Shown piece after piece: positions 50,326-62,277 of a stretch of 64,000 nt of DNA; the stretch's first letter is position 1; every line of letters begins with the position of its first letter. The notes under the pieces were generated by a model. It had not been told where the DNA came from. It ran no database searches and saw only the letters and a list, made by a program, of their open reading frames with translations. A program made the position numbers and the translations under genes. The DNA lies in assembly GCA_050273025.1 (NCBI GenBank), contig CP158636.1, positions 7,378,001 through 7,442,000 of the forward strand, written 5' to 3'. This DNA comes from Cenococcum geophilum. Lineage: Eukaryota.

Positions 50326-52077
50326 ATGGAAATCACCTAAGTGTATACTATAGCCACAGGTGGCATCTTTACTTTTCTTATCCTCGTTCACTTCCGTCCC
50401 TATATATAGTTATTTTTAAAAACCACTTCTCTTCTAGTATCTCAATATCTTACCTATCTATAGCTAATCCGCCACCATCAATATTTAGGTCTATAGAGTT
50501 AGGCCAATATCCTTTTACAGTTATTTTATATTACGGTAAATGCGTTTTATATCGGCTTTAAAGTCCAGGATATTTAAATTGCCGGTTTACAAGCTGCAAA
50601 TCTCTCGTTAATTAATATAATCCCACTTTTCGCTAGTCCTTATCTTAACTTTCTTATAGATATACTTAGGGTTTCTCTAAATATATACTAACGAGTTCAT
50701 CACTTAGTTAAGATAATATCGTTTATCCTTCTACTCTTTTACGTTTTTACAGTAATGGCTAGCCGAAACTCTTTCCCTTTACATATAGCGGAGAATATAT
50801 AGGGAGTTATTATAAGCTTTATCCCCTCTTCCCCCTTTTTATAGGACTAATACCTTACTAACCGTATCTAACACTGCATAGGGGGGATTATTACTATGCT
50901 TTCTTCTCCTACTTTTTTATCCTTTTCTTTATAAGCTATTATACGAAATATTTATCCGCATATACTAAGTATTAGCAATCCTTTCTACTTATTCTATTTA
51001 GCGGCACTTAATATCAAAGCCGCTCCCTCCTTAGCTATATGTCTATATCTTTACAATAATATTCCTTTTAACCCTTCTTCTACAGTCTAGATTCCTTATT
51101 TACTAAAATAGGGCTATAGGCTCCGGCTATTCTCAAGCTTATATTAGTTATATTAATAATATTATCAAAATACGTCTAAGTTTATCTTAACTATTAAGAA
51201 TTAAAGTAGGGTAGTATATAGGTCTGTAGATTCTAGGAGTAAGTTTTTAGTCCTTTCTACAAACTTATCCTTTCACTATAACGTCCTAGTCGGAAGGGGA
51301 ATAGAATTCTTTAGATCTGTTTATAGAGCCTTATAGAGGCTTAACCTAGAGATTACTATATTACAGCAAGACCTATTATGGCGGACCGCCCTATCTAGCT
51401 CTGTTTAGTAGGCTATATAGGATTAACGCACTAGTAGGCGATTATAAGACTGTTCTTATAATAGCAAGCGGTTTCAATATAGCCGCGCAGTTGCCTTATC
51501 TTACTTAGCTAATATATAGGTATAATGCTTACAAGACTCGCACCCGGCAAGTCCATTTAGTATAGTAATTAGAGACTATTAGTAAGCCCCAAATCATAGT
51601 TTATAAATTCGAATCTTATAATATATAGACATTAGAATCGCAGTGTAGTCTTTATTTAATAATGCTCTAACTAACAACACCTTGGATAATAGTTATGTTA
51701 GTAGCTTAAATAATATTATTGTTATAGCTTACGCTAACTTAAAATAGATCCTCGGTATCTCAATCTATATTAGATTAGGGGGGAAGGGTAGGGTACTATT
51801 TAGCAAACGTGCTATAGTATATAAAGGCTCTGTAAACCTGGAGATAATTCTCTAAGAAGAGAGGGCAGGAAAATATATTAAAAGGGTATAAGATAAGGCA
51901 GAGAAGTAAGGAGAAATGCTAGTTATAGATAAGATTTCCTACCTTATACCACCCTTAAGCTGCTAACCGTTTATAGTATTAGGAAGCAATAAGCTACGAG
52001 ATTGTCTATAGGACCTTATACGTGGCTACTTAAATAATAAAGTAAGGCTCCTCGAACTAGGATATTAGCCAGCGTAA
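50326..52077 (+). pseudogene. Ferric reductase-like transmembrane/FAD/NAD-binding protein
   Basis: Starts MEIT(Q)VY. De-RIP readings: GQYIGLWIPGVSFWSFLQTHPFTITSW, LFSGPHG...GDYKTVLMIASGF.IAAQLPYL, RTRQVHLVWQ and a terminal LLELGYQPA*. Confidence 0.85.
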
Positions 52078-53974
52078 TTATAAGAGCCGCTTATAAGAGG
52101 GTGCGTCTAATTAGTATTTAGAGTTAATATTAGATCTCGCTTTCTTTTTTCTTATTATAGGTACCGTTAAGAGGTTAAAATTTCCTTATTAGCAATTTAT
52201 CCATAATTATAAAGTAGTAGTCACTACTTCTGTGCCTAAGACTAAAGTAACCTAACCTAGTAGATTGTTACGAAGTGAGAGAAATATAAGAGTAATACGT
52301 TGGTGTTTAGAATAAGTAAAATGGACCAGTTTTTTAATATCTATATCTTAGCTATTAAAAATTAACCTTTTACCTACCAATACTACACCTCTAATCCTCC
52401 TATCTTCCGTCTCCTCCATATTTACCCTATTTAGATTTACATTACCATTACTATTATAATATAGATCGCTAATTATTTCCTATCGCCTAGTTCCTTGTCA
52501 TGCACCCCCATCTTACTACTTACCTTAGTTGCGTGCTTTGCCCTCTTCTTACTACGCTGCCTGCCCTTACCATTTCACTTTCAATCCCGTACGTCACTTA
52601 CCCTCGTTTTTAACTTATACTTTAACGGCAGCGTATATAATAGATCCTTTTGCCAACATATATACGGTATTACTAGTGCTATATATAACCAATACAATGA
52701 GCGCCAATCCTCCCGCCCCTTCCTATTTAGGTAAAGCGTTGCGCTCTAACACTTATGCTTGGTAGATAGCCGCTATAACAATATCTAAGTATTACGGAGA
52801 ATAAGTTTGTTTACTTATATAATAATTTAGGCTACGATATTACCTTTATAAACACTTAACAGGTACGCTAGTACTCTTTAATTAAGCCGAATATAGGACA
52901 AAGTGTTTATTAAGGAATACAATCAGCTTATTAATATCGCTTATTAACTAATATTAGATTTCGCTTACCTTATTAGCCCTACTACTAAGTAAATAAGTCT
53001 ATATTTATCCTAAGGACCCGAATTTAGCCCTAGCAGCCTTGCAGAGCTAGGGTATCATCGCTTATCCAATAAAGGGGTCGTATTTACTGCTTCTATCTTA
53101 TAATCCCCCCCTTTAGGCTCTAACGTCTATCCCTACAGGTCGAGAAACCCCCCGCGCCGAGAAAAATAGGGGGTACTTTAACTTTACACCACTCAAACTA
53201 TGCACACACTTTAGTGTTTATTATATTTTCACATTACACATATACTATAAGTGGTCCTAAACACGCAGGCACCTTCGCACCTAAAAATTACCATTATGTC
53301 ATTATTACCGCACCTGATTTGTAGAGAGCCTCCTTTATCACAAAATAGACTTCTCCCGCTACAGCACTATTATCACGCCCTTGCTACTACTAAAACTTAT
53401 AAAATAGTTCTATCTAAGCCTATAAACTTTACTATAATGTTTAAAAGCTATTATTAGCGTTGTGGCTGCTATTATATAAAGATTTATATAAGGTCGCCAC
53501 TTATATTAGTACCTGCAATAGAAGTAATTATTAATTAGGCTAGTACGATACGATCTAGCGCGTCTTACGTAACTAGCATGTATAATTTACTCAGATCGAT
53601 CGATTAAAAGCTTAGCCTATTAGCCTATAACTATATAAAGCCTAATATACGGGCCGATTTCAGCCCTATAGTCCTATAACCTAACTAAACTTAGCTATAC
53701 CTCTAGTCACTAACTTAGCTTTCTAACTTACAGTAGAATTGCCTATAAAAATCGCCACTGTATAAGGGTAGGGCTAGTGCGGGTCGGCTATCCTCCCTAC
53801 TAGCGGTGGCGATATAATATACCACTATTATTCTAACCGCTGCTTTAACTTATAAGTATACTTACGCATCTTACCCTAACTATAATACTAAACTATAACT
53901 ATAAAACCTATTAGAAAGTAGCGGATAAAGGTCTAAATTACCTTAAAAGAATCTAGAAGAAAGAGGGATTGTAG

Positions 53975-56068
53975 GTTAAGTTAAGCTTAAGTTAGCTATT
54001 AGTTCTGCCTACTAATATATAAGATTCCGTTCTAATACAAGTCAAGAAGGATAATCAACCCTTAAGACTTTCTCTTTTACTACCACTACATACTCTAGCA
54101 GCGACACCGCCTTCTTAACCCGTCTATCTGCTCTATATACTCCCGTAAGTTTATACTATAACGCCAGTCAAAAGAGGTGGTCTTCCGCCAACACCTTCTC
54201 GCCTACTACGACTATATACTCTAGCAGCGACACCGCCTTATTAATCTGCCTATTTCCATTATAGGCAATACTTAGTAGATACTCTGCTGACAGTCTGTTT
54301 CTATACCTCCTATTAAAAGTCTTCTACTATATCCCTATAATACGCTCTATTAGCTCTATAGCCGCCTTTAACTTCCTATTAAGATAATAGCTCTATGCCT
54401 AAAGGTAATATAGCGGTACTAAAAAGCCTTCTAGCCGAGTTAGATTTAACCCAACTTCCTAAAATACCGCTTTAAGAAGGCCATTAAGCCGTATATTATC
54501 TCGCATCTAAACTAGCATCTAGCTATAGCTCTACACTAGCGCTATTATATCTCTTTACCTACCGCATAATATATTACTGTTAGTCTTCTTATCTACCTAT
54601 AATTAGACATATACCTAAACAGTATACTCTACTTATACGCGCCCTAGTGATCTACACATAGTAAGTGTAATAACACTGCCCACCACTAGCTAACTAGCTT
54701 CCCTAGCCTCCTTACTTTAGCGGTCTCTTACCTATATATGCACTAGTAGATATATAGATAGTCTACTCACGCCGTCTTACTCCGTCCTTATAATTAGCAA
54801 TAGTAAAAATAGTAGATAGATTGCTTTATTAAGATGGTATATATCCTATATATTATCTTTCGCGCTAACAAATATAGGTAACTATAATACGTGCCATTTG
54901 TTAAGAACGTCAAGCCCGGTCTTATTACCTGTTATATCTATAACGCTATAGAGTTATAAGACATCCTATGCCGATATATCGCCAAGTCTAAGTTTAATAA
55001 TAGCTACGCTAGTGCTTGCCTACCGCGAGCCTCTCTATACACTCTTAAATATGCTCTTAGGAAGAAAGGTATAGTTTAGTATAGATAAAACCCTAAGCAA
55101 GTCTAGTGTGTATACTAACAGGACCGCTGCGGAAGCTTTAAATATCGCATACATATACTAGTACTGCGATTATGCTTACCCCAGACTGAACTCTAGAAGC
55201 CTCTTTCGCTACTGTTTAAACGCCTTAGGATAATCTTCTAGCTTGCAATAACCCCTTACTATATATGTACCGGCCTAGATAAGTACTAACGTATACAACC
55301 GCAGTAGACATACTATATCTCCTATAACTTCTGCCTATACCTACCATTGCTCTTATAGGATACGCGCTACTTTAAGAAGAAGTTCGCTATAGTTGGCTAG
55401 GCTAAGATCTAAGAGTGCCTCCTATTTAACTATACTAAATTACCTACATTCTGCGCATCGCGAGGTTATAAGTATAGTTCCCTATATACTAAAGGGGAGA
55501 TACGCGTTATAGTTAAAGGTTAGGTCGTTAGCGTTATCTAAGATAAGTAGGCAGCGCTTTTTGGTATTAGCCAGCTGTCTATATACCTCTTTAATACTAT
55601 TAACCCTCTACCCAAGCATTTCTGTAATAATAGTAAAGTTAGACTTTACTATATCTAGGCTGCTAATATTAACCTAGAACACCGCCCAGAACCTAGTAAA
55701 ATTATTAGCTTTACTAGTAATAAAAAGGGAGCACTTACTCTTATCGCATTTTATTTACAATCTTTAGGCAAACCTTACTCTTCCCTAACCCCCTAAGCCC
55801 GGTAATAGCGAAGACTCTATTTTACTAGGAGTTCCCTTATATAGCATCCTTAATACGGGTAAGAAGCTCTATACGCCTAGTAAAGAGGATATTAGGCCGG
55901 CGGAGGACTTTCTAATAGACGTTTTATATGCCATTATCCTAATCTAGAGAAGGAGACTCTATTTACGAAGTTTAAAGTATTATAGCCGCTATATAGCGTT
56001 AGTCCTTAGAGGGAATTTATAGCTTATACTAGCGCGTAGGAGTAGAATAAGGGGCTAGCCCTGCTTAT
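53975..56068 (-). pseudogene. NLR (NB-ARC + TPR), left copy, one 126-bp repeat unit
   Basis: Reads LFT(G)R, P-loop ITGLGGLGKS(E)VCL and Walker B CLLILDNA(D)D. A 2-bp deletion near 55955 relative to the right copy shifts the frame. Confidence 0.9.
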
Positions 56069-56417
56069 AGCGGGGTGTTAGCTTAATAGGTATTAGGCAC
56101 AATCCTAGTGAGAGCCTAATAGCGGGTATACCCGTAATAGGGATTGTGATATAGATATAGTCTATAGCAATTTCGCGACCCAGTATAAAAGATACGGAGG
56201 AATGCAGAGGATGCGCCTAAGGGAGGCTTGGCCTATAGTGCGCAGCCTTATTGCCGACCTCTAGCTGCGGCTAACTATAGCCGCATTACCGCGCTAGGCC
56301 TCCTACTAGTAGGTAGGCAGCTATATAATAAGAGCGCGGTTGCTACTCTAGGCGCTTGTTTAGTGCGCTGCGTTATAATATAAGTTTATTTCGTATTGAT
56401 TAAATCTACCTTCCTAG

Positions 56418-57557
56418 CTAACTGAAGTTCCAGGTATTCATTCCCCCGCCTATCTATAGGTCTTACAATATATTCTTTACCAAAACCGACCCATAATTTC
56501 GAAAGCCCGGCGATGCGGTTATTAGCCTCTTATCAGCCTCTACTAGTCTTATACTATTAACGTCTACCTATAAGCTTTCTATCTAACTATCTAGCGTTGC
56601 CCGAACTAGTATAAAACCATTATCTGCATCGCCCGCGAATTTCGTCATATTCCTATAATCAGCATTAATACTACAACTCTTATAGCCCCGTAAAATAGCT
56701 AATTCGCTCTTAACAATCTTGCCTACTATAGGCATCTATAGCTCTTTATAGAAACATATTATCTATATATTAATATCTAATTGGAGCAGTATTTGCTAGA
56801 ATTCCTTTCCAATTCTTCGCAGATCTATAGCCCCCCGGTTAAAAGTTGCGACAATCTCTCTATTTATTGCTCTAAAATTGCTAGAGAATGTCGTTAAGAA
56901 GGATCCCTAGCTTACTAGGCTTGATCTATAATAGGGTATACCCATAAATATAATTCCTCCTGTGTTGTTAATTATGCTATATACCTCTCTTAACGCATCG
57001 CTCCGTAAAAGCGCCTGCTTATAGACTAACCTACTAAGGCTATGCGCAACAAACAGAATTAGATTACAAGATCCCCGTTTACGTATGCGACTAAGTTAAA
57101 ACTCTAGTAACTTGCTATAATTGTAGAGTCCATTGCTGCTTACCGTATCCCATATATGGATAACGTTTATATTATATCCGAACGTTATAATTTATATAGT
57201 AGGCAATGCTTGCGGTAAAAGGTCTTAAGGCCAATATATCCTATTAGAGTGCGTCTATATAGTTTTATAGTTTCCTGTCAAGCTATATATAAACACAATA
57301 CTTATTATAGGTTAGTCTCTTATATACTTACGGTAGGAGCTACATTTATAAGTAACGTACTTAACGGAAGAATTGGGGGGGTTTATAAGGACCTTTATTT
57401 TAAGAGGGCCGTAGGTAAAATGCCTAGAAGTGTAAGTAACATTTAAAGCTTTATAGTCGGCTGCTTACCTATTAGGCTGGAGTGAGTTTAATAAAACCCC
57501 AGTCTTATCGACATTAGTGCTTACCGTAGAATTCCTAAAGAACTTTTTAAGGAACAT
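56418..57557 (-). pseudogene. SesB-like alpha/beta-hydrolase with a short N/G/Q-rich C-terminal tail
   Basis: ATG at 57557 (MFLKKFF). Reads YWP.DLLP, ITFGY, LFVAHSL(GG)LV(C)KQAL, GIIFMGTP and IN(A)D(H)RNMTKF. The tail is FRNYGSVLVKNILQDLQIGGGMNTWNFS*. Confidence 0.85.
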
Positions 57558-57915
57558 TGTAAAAGAGCTTAGTTAAGGAAGTAGGTAGGCGTAGTAGTTA
57601 CAATTCTATAATATAGCGCACTAGATAAGCGCCTAGAGCAGCAACCGCGCTCTTATTATATAGCTGCCTGCCCACTAATAGGAGGCCTAGCGCGGTAATA
57701 CGGCTATAGTTAGCCGCAGCTAGAGGTTGGTAATAAGGCTGCGCACTATAGGCTAAGCCTCCCTTAGGCGCATCCTCTGCATTCCTCTATATCTTTTATA
57801 CTAGGTCGCAAAATTGCTATAGACTATATCTATATTATAATCCCCATTACGGGTATGCCCGCTATTAGGCTCCTACTAGGATCGTACCTAATACCTATTA
57901 GGCTAATACCCCGCT

Positions 57916-60900
57916 ATAAGCGGGGCCAGCCCCTTATTCTACTCCTATACGCTAGTATAAGCTATAAATTCCCTCTAAGGACTAACGCTATATAGCGGCT
58001 ATAATACTTTAAACTTTATAAATAGAGAGTCTCCTCCTCTAGATTAGGATAATGGCATATAGAACATCTATTAGAAAGTCCTCCGCTAGCCTAATACTTT
58101 CTTTACCGGGCGTATAGAGCTTCTTACCCGTATTAAGGATGCTATATAAGGGGACTCCTAATAAGACGGAGTCTTTACTATTACTAGGCTTAGGGGGTTA
58201 GAGAAGAGTAAGGTTTACTTAAAGATTGCAAATAAGATATAATAAGAGTAAGCGCTCCCTTTTTATTACTAGTAAAGCTAACAGTTTTACTAGGTTCTAG
58301 GCGGTGTTTTAGGTTAATATTAGTAGCCTAAATATAGTAAAGTCTAACTTTACTATTATTACAGAAATGCTTAGGTAGAGGGTTAATAGCGTTAAAGAGG
58401 TATATAGACAGCTGGCTAATACTAAAAAGCGCTACCTGCTTATCTTAGACAACGCTAATAACTTAACCTTTAACTATAACGCGTATCTCCCCTCTAGTAT
58501 ATAGGGAACTATACTTATAACCTCGCGATGCGCAAAATATAGGTAATTTAGCATAGTTAAATAGGAGGTACTTCTAGATCTTAGCCTAGCTAACTATAGT
58601 AAACTTCTTCTTAAAGCAGCGCGTATCCTATAAGAGTAATAGTAGGCGTAGGTAGAAGTTATAGGAGATATAGTATATCTGCTGTGGTTATATATATTAG
58701 CACTTATCTAGGCCGGTATATATATAGTAAGGGGTTATTATAAGCTAGAAGATTATCCTAAGGCGTTTAAATAGTAGTAAAAGAGGCTTCTAGAGTTTAG
58801 TTTGGGGCAAGTATAATTATAATACTAGTACGTGTATATAATATTTAAAGCTTCCGCAGTGGTCCTATTAGTATACACACTAGACTTACTTAGGGTTTTA
58901 TCTATACTAAACTACACCTTCCTTCCTAAGAGTATATTTAAGAGTATATAAAGAGGCTTATAGCAGGCGAGCGCTAGCGTAGCTATTATTAAACTTAGAC
59001 TTAGCGACATATCGGTATAAGATGTCTTGTAACTCTATAGTGTTATAGATATAATAGGCAATAAGACTAGGCTTAACGTTTTTAACGAATAGCATATATT
59101 ATAGTTATCTGCATTTATTGGCGCGAAAGATAATATATAGGATACGTACTATCTCAACAAAGTAATCTATCTACTATCTTTACTATTGCTAATTATAAGG
59201 ACGGAGCAAGATAGCGCAAGTAGACTATCTATATATCCGCTAATATACGTATAGGTAAGAAACTGCTAAAGTAAGGAGGCTAGGGAAGCTAGTTAGCTAA
59301 CGGCGGGCAGTATTATTACGCTCGCTACGCGTAGATTACTAAAGCGCGTATAAGTAGAGCATACTGTCTAAGTATATGTCCAATTATAGGTAGATAAGAA
59401 GACTAACAGTAATATATTATACAGTAGGTAAAAAGACGTAATGGCGCTAGTATGGAGCTGTAGCTAAATGCTAGTTTAGATATAAAATGACGCACGGCTT
59501 AATAGCCTTCTTAAAGCAGTATTTTAGAAAGTTAGGTTAAATCTAACTTAGCTAGAAAGCTCTTTAGTGCCGCTATATTACCTTTAGGTATAGAGCTATT
59601 ATCTTAACGAGAAGTTAAAGGCGGCTATAGAGCTAATAAAGCATATTGTGGGGATATAGTAGAAGACTTTTAATAGGAGGTATAGAAACAGACTGTTAGT
59701 AGAGCATCTACTAGGTATTGCCTATAATAGAAATAGGTAGATTAATAAGGCGGTGTCGCTACTGGAGTACGTAGTTGTAGTAGGTAAAAAGGTGCTGGCG
59801 GAAGACCACTTTAATTAACTAGCGTTATAGTATAAACTTGTAGGAGTATATAGAGCGGACGGATGGGTTAAGAAGGCGGTGTTGCTGCTAAAGCACGTAG
59901 TCGTAGTGCGCGAGAAGGTGCTAGCGGAAGACTACCCTAATTAACTGGCGTTATAGTACGCACTTGTGGTAGTATATAGAGCAAACAGACAGGTTAAGAA
60001 GGCGGTATCGCTGCTAAAGCACGTAGTCGTAATAGGCGAGAAGGTACTAGCGGAAGACTACCCCTTTTAACTGGCGTCGTAGCACGAACTTATGGGAGCA
60101 TATTAAGTAGACAGGTAGGTTAAAAAGGCGGTATCTCTATAGGAGTACATAGTTATAGTAGGCGAGAAAGTACTAGCGGAAAACTACCCTAATTAACTGG
60201 CGTTATAGTATAAACTCGCGGGAGTATATAGAGCAGATGGATAGGTTAAGAAGGCGGTATTACTACTAGAGTACGTAGTCGCAGTGGGCGAGAAGGTGCT
60301 AGCGGAAGACCACCCCTTTTAATTGGTGTTGTAGTACGAACTTATAGGAGTATATAGAGCAGACGGACAGGTTAAGAAGGCGGTATCGCTGCTAGAGTAC
60401 GTAGTTGTAGTAAGCAAGAAGGTGTTGGCGGAAGACTACCCCTTTTAACTGGCGTTATAGTATAAACTCGTAGGAGTATATAGAGCAGACGGATGGGTTA
60501 AAAAGGTGGTGTTGCTACTAGAGCACGTAGTCATAGTGGGCGAGAAGGTGCTAGCGGAAGACCACTTCTTTTAACTAGCGTCGTAGTATAAACTCGCGGG
60601 AGTATATAAAGTAGACGAACAGGTTAAGAAAGCAGTGTTACTACTAGAGCATATAGTTACAGTAAAAGAGAAGGTGCTGGCGGAAGACTACCCTAATTAA
60701 CTAGCGTTATAGTACGAACTTATAGAAGTATATTAAGCAGACGAATAGGTTAAGAAGGTAGTATTACTACTAGAGCACGTAGTTATAATAGGCGAGAAGG
60801 TGCTAGCAGAAAACCACCCTAATTAACTAGCGTTATAGTACGCACTTATAGTAGTATATAGAGCAGATGGACAGGTTAAAAAGGCGGTATTACTACTAGA

Positions 60901-61900
60901 GTACATAGTCGTAGTGCGTAAGAAGGTGCTAGCGGAAGACTACCCTAATTAACTAGCGTCGCAGTATGGACTTATAGGAGTATATTAAGCAGACGGATAG
61001 GTTAAAAAGGTAGTGTCGCTACTAGAGCACATAGTCGCAGTAGGCAAGAAGGTGCTAGTGGAAGACTACCCCTTTTAACTAGCGTTATAATATAAACTTA
61101 TAGGAGTATATAGAGTAGACGGATAGGTTAAGAAGGTGGTGTTACTACTAAAGTATATAGTTATAGTAGGCAAGAAGGTGCTGGTAAAAGACTACCCTAA
61201 TTAACTAGCGTTATAGTACGGATTTGCAAGAGTATATTAAGTAGACGGATAGGTTAAGAAGGTAGTGTCGCTACTAGAGCATATAGTTATAGTAAAAGAA
61301 AAGGTGCTAGCGGAAGACCACCCTAATTAACTGGCGTTATAGTATATACTCGCGGTAGTATATAGAGCAGACGGACAGATTAAGAAGGCGGTATCGCTGC
61401 TAAAGCACGTAGTTATAGTAGGTAAGAAGGTGCTGGCAGAAGACCACCCCTCTTAACTAGCGTCGTAGTACGAACTTGCGGTAGCATATGGAGCAGACGG
61501 ATAGGTTAAGAAGGCGGTGTCGCTGCTAGAGCACGTAGTCGTAGTGGGCGAGAAGGTGCTAGCAGAAGACTACCTTTCTTGACTGGCGTTGTAGTACAAA
61601 CTCGCGGGAGTATATTAAGCAGACGGATAGGTTAAGAAGGCGGTGTTACTACTAGAGTACATAGTCGTAGTAGGCGAGAAGGTGCTGGCGGAAGACTACC
61701 CTAATTAACTGGCGTTATAGTATATACTCGCGGTAGCATATAAAGCAGACGGATAGGTTAAAAAGGCGGTGTTACTACTAGAGTATATAATAGTAGTGAA
61801 AAAGAAAGTCTTAAGGGTTAATTATTCTTCTTAACTTATATTAGAACGGAATCTTATATATTAGTAGGCAGAACTAATAGCTAACTTAAACTTAACTTAA
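57916..61900 (+). pseudogene. NLR (NB-ARC + TPR), right copy, 16 highly similar TPR units
   Basis: One frame runs from ATA (RIP-mutated ATG) at 57916 through FFTGR. The P-loop is at ~58180-58215, LILDNA at ~58440, then the TPR array. Confidence 0.92.
59751..61766 (+). repeat. 126-bp (42-aa) TPR tandem repeat, 16 units
   Basis: Unit is AVSLLEHVVAVGEKVLAEDHPxxLASQHELAGVYRADGQVKK (de-RIP). Equivalent positions 59751 and 61767 are 16 x 126 bp apart. Confidence 0.95.
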
Positions 61901-62122
61901 CCTATAATCCCTCTTTCTTTTAGACTCTTCTAAGGTATATTTAGACCTTTATCCACTACTTTTTAATAGGTTTTATAGTTATAGTTTAGTGTTATAGTTA
62001 GGGTAAGATGCGTAAGTATACTTATAAGTTAAAGCAGCGGTTAGAACAATAGTACATTATATTACCACCGCTAGTAAGGAGAATGGCTGACCTATACCAG
62101 CCCTACCCTTATAAGGTGGCGA

Positions 62123-62277
62123 GGTGTTAGGTAATAGATATATAGTTCTTATAGTTGGCTTCTAAACTAGAGCAAGCATATTAATAGCAGGAAGTATTTA
62201 GTTAGCGCTCTGTAACGGCTTATATTCTAAATAGTATATGGCTATAATAGAATATATATATATACATATATACATAT
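62123..62277 (+). mobile_element. Short 5'-truncated non-LTR retroelement-like insert with a (TACA/TA)n tail
   Basis: Flanked by the direct repeat TATAAGGTGGCGA. It is absent from the left arm (~53752-53765) and similar to 40330-40462. Confidence 0.65.

Noticed and set aside
55989..57995. Invertible exon cassette splicing the hydrolase onto either NB-ARC-TPR arm (apparent branch/acceptor GGACTAACGCTATATAG)
   Set aside because: That sequence reads through in frame from ATA (RIP-mutated ATG) at 57916 as part of the NLR N-terminal motif. The hydrolase has its own tail and stop, so three separate genes is the simpler reading.
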